Positions 24,215-33,659 of a DNA stretch of 64,000 nucleotides are shown here, in pieces. This DNA is from an uncultured Planctomycetota bacterium. GTDB lineage: Bacteria; Planctomycetota; PLA2; JAEUHO01. Below the pieces are notes generated by a model. It saw only the letters and a program-made list of their open reading frames with translations. It had not been told where the DNA came from and searched no databases. The stretch covers positions 1,501,742 through 1,565,741 of the forward strand of contig CAVVXN010000005.1 of NCBI GenBank assembly GCA_963752285.1. The letters run 5' to 3'. The position numbers were made by a program, and so were the translations under genes. Within the stretch, counting starts at the first letter, position 1. Each line of letters starts with the position of its first letter.

Positions 24215-25249
24215 CTACCGGTACGACTCGTTGATCTCCTCGAGCGCCTCCCGGGGCGGGCGAACCTCCGACTGGGGTCGGGTCGCCAGGGGCTCCTCCA
24301 CCAGGTGGAGCACGTCGTGGAACGTGGACTGCTCCTCGGACACGTAGAAGATCCCGGTCAGGTACTCGTCCGCCTCGATGCCCTTCCGGAGCAGCGCGAG
24401 GGCCGCGGCCTTGTCGCGCGGGTCGTGCCCCTGTCCCACGCGGCGCACGACGATCACGCCACCGTCCGGCATGGGCACGCGGATCGCCTCGTGCTCGCTC
24501 GTCTCCACCTCGGGGTGGTCCCACGCGGGCACGAAGCCCACCTCGTGGATCGGGCCCGCGTGCTCCCGGCCCCAGTCGTACGAACGCGTGGATCCCTCGT
24601 GGTTGTTGAACGTGACGCAGGGACTCATCACGTCGAGGACGGCCAGCCCGCGATGCGCGATGGCGCCCTTCAGGATCTCCAGGAACTGCTTCCGGTCGGC
24701 CGAAAAGCTCCGGGCGACGTACGTGGCGCCGAGCTGGACGGCGAGGGTGCACAGGTCGATGGCCGTGAGGTCCTGGACCGTGCCGTCCTTCAGGCGCGCG
24801 CCCTTCTCGGACGTGGCCGAGAACTGGCCCTTCGTCAGGCCGTACACCCCGTTGTTCTCCACGATGTAGATCAAGGGGAGGTTGCGGCGCACCATGTGGA
24901 CGAACTGCCCGATCCCGATCGACGCGGTGTCGCCGTCGCCCGAGACGCCGATGCCGACGAGGCCGCGGTTCGCGAGGAGCGCGCCCGTGGCCACGGAGGG
25001 CATGCGGCCGTGCACGGCGTTGAACCCCCACGCGCGCGACAGGAAGTACGCCGGCGTCTTGCTCGAGCAGCCGATGCCCGAGAGCTTCGCGACGCGGTGC
25101 GGCTCGATGCCCATCTCGTAGAACGCCTGGATGATCGCGTTCGAGATCACGTCGTGCCCGCACCCCTTGCACAGGGTGGAGACGCCGCCCTTGTAGTCGG
25201 CGAGCGGGAGACCGATGTGATTCGTGCGCGCGGCAGCGGGAGCGGCCAT
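24215..25249 (-). CDS. korB: 2-oxoglutarate:ferredoxin oxidoreductase, beta (TPP-binding) subunit
   Basis: In-frame ATG at 25249 shares 1 nt with the korA stop (TGATG). CKGCGHDVI, GIGCSS, GDGDTASIGIGQF and VENNGVYGLTKGQ are 2-oxoacid:ferredoxin oxidoreductase beta motifs. Confidence 0.85.
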   Translation of the reverse strand: MAAPAAARTNHIGLPLADYKGGVSTLCKGCGHDVISNAIIQAFYEMGIEPHRVAKLSGIGCSSKTPAYFLSRAWGFNAVHGRMPSVATGALLANRGLVGIGVSGDGDTASIGIGQFVHMVRRNLPLIYIVENNGVYGLTKGQFSATSEKGARLKDGTVQDLTAIDLCTLAVQLGATYVARSFSADRKQFLEILKGAIAHRGLAVLDVMSPCVTFNNHEGSTRSYDWGREHAGPIHEVGFVPAWDHPEVETSEHEAIRVPMPDGGVIVVRRVGQGHDPRDKAAALALLRKGIEADEYLTGIFYVSEEQSTFHDVLHLVEEPLATRPQSEVRPPREALEEINESYR

Positions 25250-27159
25250 CAGTCCTCCTGGTTCGTCGCGCCAGCGGGAGCGCCGTCCACGGCCGCCCCC
25301 ACGGCGACCGCGCGGTGCGAGGGCACGCACGCGCCCCCCGTCTCGGCAGTGGCGATCTGCTCGACCACGGTGGCGGCGTCGAGCGGGAGACCGTCGTAGT
25401 GGAGGACCGACCTGAGCCGGGTCGCGACCTCCGGGAAGTCCATCGTGAGCATCTTCGCGAGCTGCGCGTCGCGGTTCTGCTCGACCACGTACACGCGCTC
25501 GTGCGCCTCGAGCCACGCCCGCACCGAGTCCGCGAACGGGAACGCGCGCACCCTCAGGTAGTCCGTCTCGATGCCCGGCGTCTCGCGGAGCTGGTCGCGC
25601 GCCTCCTCGACCGCCTGGTGCGACGTGCCGTAGGCGAGCACGCCGACGCGGCTCCCCCGGTCGTCCCGGACCGGCGCCGGCAGGAGGTCCTTCGCGCCGT
25701 CGAGCTTCCGCGCGAGGCGGTCCATGTTGCGGGCGTACACGTTGCCGTCCTCGCTGTAGCGGGCGTTCTCGTCGTGCCCCGACCCGCGCGTGAAGTACGC
25801 CCCGCGCCCGCCCGGCGTGCCCGGGAGCGTCCGGTACGGGACGCCGTCGCCGTCCACGTCCTTGTAGCGACCCCACGCCTCCATCCGGGCGAGCGACTCG
25901 GCGTCGAGCACCTTGCCGCGCGAGATGGGAGCCTCGGGGTAGCGAAGGGGGTCCGACATCCAGAGGTTCATGCCGAGGTCGAGGTCGGTCATCACGAAGA
26001 CGGGCGTCTGCAGGTGCTCCGCGAGCTCGAACGCCTCGATCGTGAGCTCGTACGCCTCCGTGACGTCCGCGGGGTAGATGCAGGGGTGCCGGCAGTCGCC
26101 GTGCGACAGGTACGCGGTCTTGAGGACGTCGCCCTGCATCGTGCGCGTGGGCAGTCCGGTGCTCGGGCCCGTGCGCTGGACGTCGAAGATCACGGCCGGG
26201 AGCTCCGAGAAGTACCCGAGCCCCACGAACTCGCTCATCAGGCTGATGCCCGGGCCCGAGGTGGCGGTCATGGACCGCGCGCCCGCCCAGCCGGCGCCGA
26301 GGGCCATGCCGACCGCGGCGAGCTCGTCCTCGGCCTGCACGATCGCGAGGTTCGTGCGGCCGGTCTCGCGGTCGGTGCGATACCGCTCCGCGAGGTCCGT
26401 GATGGCCTCGGCCAGGCTCGAGGACGGGGTGATCGGGTACCAGCTCACGACCGTGACGCCCGCGAAGAGCGCTCCGATCGCGGCGGCGGTGTTGCCGTCG
26501 ATCAGAATCTTGCCGTTCGTGAGCGCGCGGCGCTCCACCCGGACGGGCGGGCGCTCCGCCACGTTCTCCCCGACCCAGCGGCGTCCGGCGGCGACGGCGT
26601 CGCGGTTCAGGGCGAGGGCCTTGGGCTTCGTGCGGAAGGCCTTGTCGAGGGCGCGCTCGATCTCCTCGGGCTCGATGCCGAGCATCTCGCCGATCACGCC
26701 CACGTAGATCATGTTCACCACGAGCTTGCGGAGCGCGACCGGCTCGCAGACCTCGCGCACGAGGTCCGAGAACGGCACGGGGACCAGACGGACGTCGTCG
26801 CGCACGCGCTCGAGCTTGAGCCCGGCCTCGTAGACCACGGTCGTCGAGGGCTTGACGCCCCGGACGTCGGCCTCGGCCGTCTGCGGGTTCATGCAGACGA
26901 GCACGTCCACGTCGGGGTGGCGCGCGACGTACCCGTCCTCGTCCACGCGGATCGTGAACCAGGTCGGGAGGCCTTGGATGTTGCTCGGGAAGAGGTTCTT
27001 CCCGGACACCGGCAGGCCCATCTGGAACAGCGCCCTCAGGAGGGTGTTGTTCGCCGTCTGGCTGCCCGAGCCGTTGACGGTCGCGACCTGGATGCTCAGA
27101 CGGTTCGACCGGACGTCGGAGCCGACGTCGGCCGCCGCCGCGCGCTGGGGTTCGGGCAT
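25249..27159 (-). CDS. korA: 2-oxoglutarate:ferredoxin oxidoreductase, alpha subunit (gamma-alpha fused type)
   Basis: 636 aa. GSGSQTANNTL and SGKNLFPSNIQGLPTWF form the gamma-like part. YPITPSS, QAEDELAA and TSGPGISLM form the alpha part. Confidence 0.85.
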   Translation of the reverse strand: MPEPQRAAAADVGSDVRSNRLSIQVATVNGSGSQTANNTLLRALFQMGLPVSGKNLFPSNIQGLPTWFTIRVDEDGYVARHPDVDVLVCMNPQTAEADVRGVKPSTTVVYEAGLKLERVRDDVRLVPVPFSDLVREVCEPVALRKLVVNMIYVGVIGEMLGIEPEEIERALDKAFRTKPKALALNRDAVAAGRRWVGENVAERPPVRVERRALTNGKILIDGNTAAAIGALFAGVTVVSWYPITPSSSLAEAITDLAERYRTDRETGRTNLAIVQAEDELAAVGMALGAGWAGARSMTATSGPGISLMSEFVGLGYFSELPAVIFDVQRTGPSTGLPTRTMQGDVLKTAYLSHGDCRHPCIYPADVTEAYELTIEAFELAEHLQTPVFVMTDLDLGMNLWMSDPLRYPEAPISRGKVLDAESLARMEAWGRYKDVDGDGVPYRTLPGTPGGRGAYFTRGSGHDENARYSEDGNVYARNMDRLARKLDGAKDLLPAPVRDDRGSRVGVLAYGTSHQAVEEARDQLRETPGIETDYLRVRAFPFADSVRAWLEAHERVYVVEQNRDAQLAKMLTMDFPEVATRLRSVLHYDGLPLDAATVVEQIATAETGGACVPSHRAVAVGAAVDGAPAGATNQED

Positions 27160-27297
27160 GGTTCGCCTCGGCGAGGGGGGGCAGCCCCGGGTGGTCGCCG
27201 GCTCCGTGACGGATCGAGCGCCCGGGATGTGAAAACCGGCAGGCCGTCGGCCCGCCGGCCCGGCGATTGTACGGACGCGTGGGAGGGGGTCGCGGTC

Positions 27298-28803
27298 TCA
27301 CGCCCCCCCGCGCAGGACCGCCCGAGTCGGCGTTGGCGCGGCGGGTCCGACCGCCCCGCGGAGCGCGGCCTGGCGCGCGCGCAGGCGGCCCATTCGCTCG
27401 ACCTCCGTCCGGCTCGGGACCTCGAGCGGCCCCGCCTCGACCCAGCGACGCGCCGTGTCGAGGAGCGTCCGTTCGCCCGCGCGCTCGAGGTGCGCGAGCA
27501 GCGCCGCGCCGCGCGCCGTCGCGTCGCTCCCGCCGACGAGCCGGACGGGGGCCGCCGCGGCGGCCGCGACGCCCGCGCGCCAGACCTCCGCGCGGGCCCC
27601 GCCGCCGGTGATCCGCACCTCCGCGACCGTCTGGCCGTCCGCGCGGAAGAGCTCGATCGTCTCGCCGAGCGCCGCGGCCACGCCGTCCAGGACGGCGCGC
27701 GCGAAGTGCACGGGACCGTGCGCAGGAGAGAGGCCGGCGAACGCGCCCCGCGCCCCGGGGTCGGGCACGGGGCTCCGCTCGCCCTCGAGCGAGGGGAGGA
27801 ACGTGGGCACGTCCTCCTCCGGGGGGAGGTCGGCCGCCCGACGAATCACCGCCTCGACCGGCGTCGCGCCCCCGAACGCGAGATCGCGGACCCAGACGAG
27901 CGCGCGACCGGCCGCGAGCACGACGCCGGTCCCCGCCACCCGCCGCGCGCCGACCGTGTCGCCGGAGACGAGGCCCGCGCGCACGCGCCGGCGCGGGACG
28001 ACGCCGATCACGGTCCCCGAGGTCCCGAGGGTCACGGCGAGTACGCCCGGGTCCAGCGCGCCGAGCGCGAGCTGCGCGGCCTCGTTGTCGCCGGCGCCCG
28101 CCACCACGGGGATCCCGGCGGGCAGCCCGGTCTCGGCGGCGGCCTCGGGCGAGACCGGGCCGCGGCGCCCGCGGGGGTCGAGGACGGGGGGCAGGAGGCG
28201 CGGCGGGAGGCCGAGGCCGCGCGCGGCGTCGGCCGACCACCCCCGCCGCCGCGGGTCGTAGCACGGGAGGGTCGAGGCCTCGGTGCGGTCGGTGGCGAGC
28301 CCTCCGGTCAGGCGGAGCCCGAGCCAGTCCTTCGCGAAGAGGAGCGCGCGGGCGCGGTTCGCGTCGTCGGGTCGCGTCCGCACGAGGCGACGCCACTTGG
28401 GGAGGAGGTGCCCGGGGAGCGAGGCGGGTCTCGGCCGTCCGCCGCGGCGAGCGGCGAGGGCGTCGAGCTCCGCCGCCTCCACGGACGCCCGTGCGTCGGC
28501 CCAGATCACGGCCCGCCCGAGGGGCCGGCCGACATCGTCGAGGAGGAGGAGGGCGTGCTTCTGCCCCGTCAGCCCGACCGCGGCCACCTCGGCGCCGACC
28601 GCGGCGTCGAGGCAGGCCCGAACGGCGTGCCGAACCGCCGTCCACCAGGCCCAGGGATCCTGCTCGGCGGCGCCCGGCTCGGGGCACGCGAGCCCGAGGG
28701 GGGCATCGGACGCCGCCAGGACCGCGCCCGCGCCGTCCACGAGGACCGCCTTCACCGCGGAGGTCCCGAGGTCGATCCCGAGGGTGGCCGGCACGCGGTC
28801 CAT
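27298..28803 (-). CDS. FGGY-family carbohydrate kinase (xylulokinase-like)
   Basis: 501 aa, LGIDLGTSAVKAVLVD, GLTGQKHALLLLD, LGTSGTV, ITGGGAR. These are FGGY motifs; the substrate cannot be assigned. Confidence 0.8.
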   Translation of the reverse strand: MDRVPATLGIDLGTSAVKAVLVDGAGAVLAASDAPLGLACPEPGAAEQDPWAWWTAVRHAVRACLDAAVGAEVAAVGLTGQKHALLLLDDVGRPLGRAVIWADARASVEAAELDALAARRGGRPRPASLPGHLLPKWRRLVRTRPDDANRARALLFAKDWLGLRLTGGLATDRTEASTLPCYDPRRRGWSADAARGLGLPPRLLPPVLDPRGRRGPVSPEAAAETGLPAGIPVVAGAGDNEAAQLALGALDPGVLAVTLGTSGTVIGVVPRRRVRAGLVSGDTVGARRVAGTGVVLAAGRALVWVRDLAFGGATPVEAVIRRAADLPPEEDVPTFLPSLEGERSPVPDPGARGAFAGLSPAHGPVHFARAVLDGVAAALGETIELFRADGQTVAEVRITGGGARAEVWRAGVAAAAAAPVRLVGGSDATARGAALLAHLERAGERTLLDTARRWVEAGPLEVPSRTEVERMGRLRARQAALRGAVGPAAPTPTRAVLRGGA

Positions 28804-28886
28804 CTCGCGTCGAGGGTACCGGCTCCGCCGCCGGGCCGGAGGACTCGGTCCCCGGGTACCGGGGCCCGCGCGAAGCGCCCGATCCG

Positions 28887-28892
28887 TACAAT
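28887..28892 (+). promoter_or_regulatory. -10-like hexamer TACAAT placed 6 nt before the GTG start (leaderless-type geometry)
   Basis: TACAAT at 28887-28892, spacer ccgccc, GTG at 28899. Confidence 0.3.
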
Positions 28893-28898
28893 CCGCCC

Positions 28899-30758
28899 GT
28901 GCGCGGCGCGGCCCTCCTCCTCCTCTCCGCCTTCCTCGTCTGCCTCGCCGGACCCCGGGCCGCCGCCGATGCCGCCGAGGCGCCCGCGGCGTGGCGCGAC
29001 GCCGCCGGGCTCGCCCGGATGCTCTCCGACGCGTGCGACGCGGTCGAGCAGGTCTCGGGCGCGCGGTTCCGCCGTCGACCGGACGTGCGGATCTCCACGC
29101 AGGCCGACGTCGAGCAGCTGCTCGCGGCGCAGACCGAGGGGCAGCGGGGCATGCTCGAGACGACGCCCGACCGCTCGCGGGCCTTCCTCGCGTACTACGA
29201 CCCGCCGCGCCTCGAGGTGCACGTCCTCCCCGACCAGATCGCGGCGGTGGCGGCCGCCCTCGGCGCGCCGGAGCTGCTCGACGAGGACGTGCTCCGGGTC
29301 GTCCTCGTGCACGAGGCCACGCACGCCCTCGACTTCCAGCGCTTCGCCGAGCAGTGGGTCCTCGCGTGCTGCTCCGCCTCCGACGAGCGACTCGCGACGG
29401 AGGCGGCCCTCGAGGGCCACGCGCAGCTCGTGGCGGAGGAGGTGGCCCGTCGGTGGGGCATCGAGCGCGCGTTCGAGACGCTGACGCGCCTCTACTCGGG
29501 GGCGTACGCGCCCCCGGGCACGGAACGGGGCAGCCCGGGCTTCGACCAGGAGGCCGCGTTCACGTACCTGCAGGGCGCGGCGTTCATGCGGGCGGTCGCC
29601 GACGCGAAGGGACCGGAGGGCGTGGCCACGGCGCTGGAGGACCCGCCGTGCGAGACGCGCGTGGTGGACCGTCCCGCGCTCTGGCTCGACCCGGCGCTCC
29701 GGGACGGGGAGCCCGACCTCCAGGCCGTGCTCGAGGTGTTCCGTCCCCTCTCGACGCGACCCGGATGGGCCGTCTCGAAGTGGCGGATGCTCGGGCCGGC
29801 CCCGGCGCTCCTGGGTGGCGAGACCGCGCCGGACGGGAAGCCGCTCGTCCCCTACGTGGACGACCACGGCCTCTACGCCGGGTCGGCCGACGGCAACCGC
29901 TACCTGAACGTCTTCCTCGCCACGTGGGCGAACGAAGCGGACGCCCAGCGATTCGCGGACGCGCTTCTCCGGATCGACCGTGCGCGGGACCGCGAGCCGG
30001 GCTGGCAGACGGCCGCGCGCGCGGACGGCGCGGGGACCGAGCACGCGCTCGTCGGCTTCACGTCGTGGCGCCGGGCGGCGACGGGAGGGCCGGACACCGA
30101 GATGGCGATCCAGGTCGCGCGCGTCGGGCGGAACGTGATGGAGGTGACCGCCTTCGGCCTGCCGGCCGCCGAGCGTCCCGCCCAGGCGAAGACGGTGGAC
30201 CTCGCGGCGCGCCTCCTCCTGGCCCCCCCCACCACGGCCTGCGCCGTCGCGCTCCGCGCGGAGGTGAAGGACCTCCTCGCGGCGCGCGAGGACCGCGACA
30301 TGGACGGGGCCCGACTGATCCTGCGCGACCTGCTCCCCTCCGGGCAGGACCTCCGACGCGTCGTCCGGCGCCCGTACGCGGGCGCGTTCGAGAGCGGCTA
30401 CGACGGGCTCCGTCTGGCGCTCCGGACGACGGAGGTCACGAACGCCACCGTGCTGGCCGCGCTCCGCGGCGTCGGGAAGGACGCGCGCGTGCGCGCATGG
30501 GGCGCGACGACGGAGGACCTCGCGACGGGCCGCGGCCACGCGTCGCGCTTCCCGGACGAGATGCGCGCGTTCGCGCGCGACGTGGCCGCGCCCGGCACGC
30601 AGTGGATCGTGCTCGTCACCACGCCGACCGAGGGCGGGCCCGAGACGACCTGGACCTGCTTCGTCCGCCTCGCCGACCGCTTCCTCTGGATCCGCGACCC
30701 CTGGCGCGTGACGGGACTCCCGACGATCTCGACGACGGTGTCGGCGACGTCGCGCTGA
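28899..30758 (+). CDS. Exported HExxH-motif protein (putative zinc metallopeptidase, MA-clan-like)
   Basis: In-frame GTG at 28899 gives a signal-peptide-like N-terminus (VRGAALLLLSAFLVCLAGPRAAA). VLVHEATHAL (HEATH at 29310-29324). The remaining ~450 aa are unrecognised. Confidence 0.6.
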   Translation: MRGAALLLLSAFLVCLAGPRAAADAAEAPAAWRDAAGLARMLSDACDAVEQVSGARFRRRPDVRISTQADVEQLLAAQTEGQRGMLETTPDRSRAFLAYYDPPRLEVHVLPDQIAAVAAALGAPELLDEDVLRVVLVHEATHALDFQRFAEQWVLACCSASDERLATEAALEGHAQLVAEEVARRWGIERAFETLTRLYSGAYAPPGTERGSPGFDQEAAFTYLQGAAFMRAVADAKGPEGVATALEDPPCETRVVDRPALWLDPALRDGEPDLQAVLEVFRPLSTRPGWAVSKWRMLGPAPALLGGETAPDGKPLVPYVDDHGLYAGSADGNRYLNVFLATWANEADAQRFADALLRIDRARDREPGWQTAARADGAGTEHALVGFTSWRRAATGGPDTEMAIQVARVGRNVMEVTAFGLPAAERPAQAKTVDLAARLLLAPPTTACAVALRAEVKDLLAAREDRDMDGARLILRDLLPSGQDLRRVVRRPYAGAFESGYDGLRLALRTTEVTNATVLAALRGVGKDARVRAWGATTEDLATGRGHASRFPDEMRAFARDVAAPGTQWIVLVTTPTEGGPETTWTCFVRLADRFLWIRDPWRVTGLPTISTTVSATSR

Positions 30759-30899
30759 GGACCCGAGGGGGCGAACCCAGGCGAAGGCCCGCGGGCGCTT
30801 CCTTGCGGACGCCCCCGCCGCGCGACGGCACGCGCGCTCGTGCTCGGGACCCGAACCGGGACCGTGACCGTGGTGGGTCTTCGTGCCGGTCCGCCCGGC

Positions 30900-32117
30900 T
30901 CACTGCCCCGCCCCCACGGCTCCCACCGGCCCCACCGCCCCCGCCGGCCCGCAGCGCGACAGCGCCAGCAGCGTGTAGCCCGTGCCGTACGGCTTGTGGT
31001 AGCGGTAGAGCTGGTAGTCCCACCACGAGCCGTCGGGCTCCTGGAGCGGGACCAGGCGGTCGGCGATCGCGTGGCGGTGGTGCTCCCGGGCGTCCGGGGG
31101 GACGTGGTCGAGGAGCAGGCTCGCGTACGCGTACCCGTAGAGGAAGAAGTAGCCGGAGTTCTGGAACCAGGACTCGTGCGGGATCGGGTACTTCCGGGCG
31201 ATCGCGAGGAAGTGGCCGTGCCGATCGAGACGGTCGAGCGCGTCCACGAGCCTCGTCTCGGCCACCTTCTCGCCCGAGGCGACGAGGCAGGCGAGGCAGG
31301 CGGGCGTGCGCGCGAGGCTCCCCATCGGGTGGTTCACGCCGCGCGGCACCCTCGGGTCCAGCGTGAACGAGTACGCGTACGCACCGCCGGGGAGCCGGCA
31401 CGCGTGGATCAGCGCCACGCCGCGGCGCACCATGCGGCCGGGCACCTCGATGCCCTGCTTCTCGATGTCGGCGAGGGCGACGAGCACGGCGGCCGTCGTG
31501 AAGCTGGTGGCGTAGCCGTAGCTCGGGGTCTGCGTCTGCGCGTTGAAGTCGTAGTAGCCCCAGCCCCCGTCCACGTACTCGTAGTGCTGCAGCAGGCGAA
31601 CCGCCTCGCGCGCCGCGGCCTCGAGCCGCGCGCGCCGCACCGGATCGTGCTCGAGCGGGAGGAGCGCCGCGAAGGCCTCCAGCGCGTAGGCGTGCGCCCA
31701 GGTGTTGTAGACGACGTCGGGCGCCGCGCGCTTCGCCGCGTGGTGGAGGACGAGCCAGTCTTCGCCCTTCCGGATCGCCGCCCGGGTCCCGGGGCGGTCG
31801 TCGTGCGCGGCGACGAGGCCCGCCACCGCGAGCCCGGAGGTCCCCACCTGGTACGCGTCGTAGGCCGCGCGCCCCGGCGCGTAGATGTCCACGGTCAGCG
31901 TGGGCGCGGTCGAGCCCCACGAGCCGTCCGCGTTCTGGCTCTCGACGAGGAAGTCCACGCCGCGGGTGATCGCCGCCGCGACCTCCTCGTCCGTGACGTG
32001 CCGCTTCGGGACGGGCGCCTCGGGGGCCGTCGCGTCGGGCCGGGCCAGGACCGGCGCCGCGTCCGCGGCGCCGAGCGCGAGACCGAGCGCGAGGAGCCCG
32101 GGGAGCACGCGCCTCAC
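30900..32117 (-). CDS. Exported prenyltransferase/squalene-oxidase-repeat (alpha/alpha-toroid) protein
   Basis: In-frame GTG at 32117 forms a GTGA overlap with the upstream stop. Signal peptide, then repeated motifs QNADGSWG, YVDGGWGYY and QEPDGSWWDY, typical of terpene-cyclase/prenyltransferase beta-subunit-like repeats. Confidence 0.7.
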   Translation of the reverse strand: MRRVLPGLLALGLALGAADAAPVLARPDATAPEAPVPKRHVTDEEVAAAITRGVDFLVESQNADGSWGSTAPTLTVDIYAPGRAAYDAYQVGTSGLAVAGLVAAHDDRPGTRAAIRKGEDWLVLHHAAKRAAPDVVYNTWAHAYALEAFAALLPLEHDPVRRARLEAAAREAVRLLQHYEYVDGGWGYYDFNAQTQTPSYGYATSFTTAAVLVALADIEKQGIEVPGRMVRRGVALIHACRLPGGAYAYSFTLDPRVPRGVNHPMGSLARTPACLACLVASGEKVAETRLVDALDRLDRHGHFLAIARKYPIPHESWFQNSGYFFLYGYAYASLLLDHVPPDAREHHRHAIADRLVPLQEPDGSWWDYQLYRYHKPYGTGYTLLALSRCGPAGAVGPVGAVGAGQ

Positions 32118-33556
32118 GGCTTCTCCTCGGGGGCGTTCACGCGCACGACCTGCCCCTCGGTGAGCCCGTCCAGGATCCGGACCCGGCCGTCGTCGCCCTT
32201 CTCCCCGACCTTCACCTCGTGGGGCACCGGCTTCCCGTCCTCGACCACCCACACGGTGGACCGCCCGTCCTTCGTGCGGATCGCGGACGCGGGCACCGTC
32301 AGGGCCGCTTCCTCGTGCTGCCACGTGATCTTCGCCTTCGCGGACCCGCCGGGGACGAGGCGCGTGTCGGTCGCCGTGAGGGCCACCACGACCGACACCT
32401 GACCGCCCTGCACCACGGGCACGACCGACTCGACCTTGCCGGGGAGCGTGAGCTCGGGGGCGATCGCCGGTACGACCTCGCACGCGAGCCCCGTCCGGAG
32501 CTTGTCGAGGTCCTTCTCGGCGACGGCCGTCTCGAGTCGCACGTCGCCCCTCGTGAAGATCGTGTAGAGCACCTGACCGGGCTTCACGCTGCCGCCCGAG
32601 GAGAGCAGCCGGGTCATCGCGCCGACGTCCTGCCACTTGCCGTCCTGGAAGCGACCGGGCACCGCGTACCCGTCGGTCGGCGCGACGACGCGGAGGTGGT
32701 CCACGTCCTGCCGGAGCTGCCCGAGCCGCGACTTCTGGCGGCCGAGGTCGTCGCGCGCCTTGTCGAGGGCGAGCCCCGCCAGATCGAGGTCGTACTGCGA
32801 CCCGGCCTTCCACGACGCGAGGTCCTCGCGCCGCTGGCTCGCGTCCATCTCGAGGTTCTTCTCCTGGTCGGGGAGCTCGACCTCCAGGAACGTACGGTTG
32901 TGGTCGCGGGCGAGGTCGAGGTAGCGACGCGCACGGTCGAGGGAGCGACGCGCGCGCTTGAGGACGATCTCCTCCGTGTCCTCGATCAGGTCGTCCGACT
33001 TGTACATCTTCTCGAGCTGTTCGAGCTCGTCGGCCTGCTCCTGGACGCGGTCCCCCTGCGCCTGGAGGCCGAGCTCCGCCTGCGCGATGCGCTGCGGCTT
33101 CTCCTCCTCGCGGAAGCGCTCGAGCGCCGCGTCGGCACGGCGGGCCTTCTCCTCGAGATCCTGCGTCCGGAGGTCGGTCGCCTCCTTCTTGTGGCGCGTG
33201 TCCGTCTCGAGCTTCTCCAGGCGGGTGCGCGCGGCGGTGAGCTCCCGCTCGGCGTCCCGGAGCTGCCGCGTGGCCTCCTCCTCCTGGAACCGCACGAGGA
33301 CCTCGCCCTTGCGTACGGCCTTGGCGGGCGCCGCCTCCACGACCTCGAGGGGCCCGCCGTAGACGTCGCCTTCGAACGACACCTCGACGGCGTCGGCGGG
33401 CGCCAGGGTGCCGCTCACGTCGAGCGAGGCCGAGAACGGGCGCACGCCGAGCGTCTCGGTCGCGTTCGGGTCGTCCGCGGCGCGGGCCGGGTCGGGCCTC
33501 GCGAGGAGCGACACGGCGACGAGGGCGAGGAGCAGCGGACGGGCGATCTGGCGCAT
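32114..33556 (-). CDS. HlyD-family periplasmic adaptor (membrane-fusion protein) with a long coiled coil
   Basis: In-frame ATG at 33556. Signal peptide, a lipoyl-like (V)RKGEVLVRF segment, a ~200-aa heptad-rich region, VVAPTDGYA and a C-terminal beta-barrel segment (TVPASAIR...VWVVEDGKPV...V.VG). Confidence 0.75.
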   Translation of the reverse strand: MRQIARPLLLALVAVSLLARPDPARAADDPNATETLGVRPFSASLDVSGTLAPADAVEVSFEGDVYGGPLEVVEAAPAKAVRKGEVLVRFQEEEATRQLRDAERELTAARTRLEKLETDTRHKKEATDLRTQDLEEKARRADAALERFREEEKPQRIAQAELGLQAQGDRVQEQADELEQLEKMYKSDDLIEDTEEIVLKRARRSLDRARRYLDLARDHNRTFLEVELPDQEKNLEMDASQRREDLASWKAGSQYDLDLAGLALDKARDDLGRQKSRLGQLRQDVDHLRVVAPTDGYAVPGRFQDGKWQDVGAMTRLLSSGGSVKPGQVLYTIFTRGDVRLETAVAEKDLDKLRTGLACEVVPAIAPELTLPGKVESVVPVVQGGQVSVVVALTATDTRLVPGGSAKAKITWQHEEAALTVPASAIRTKDGRSTVWVVEDGKPVPHEVKVGEKGDDGRVRILDGLTEGQVVRVNAPEEKP

Positions 33557-33659
33557 CGACGGCCTCCCGGGGACGGAAGCGCCCTTGATACCCGGCCCGA
33601 GGGGCGCGTGAGAGAGGAGACCCGCGCGCGTCGCCCTCCTCCCGGCTAGCCTCCGCCGG

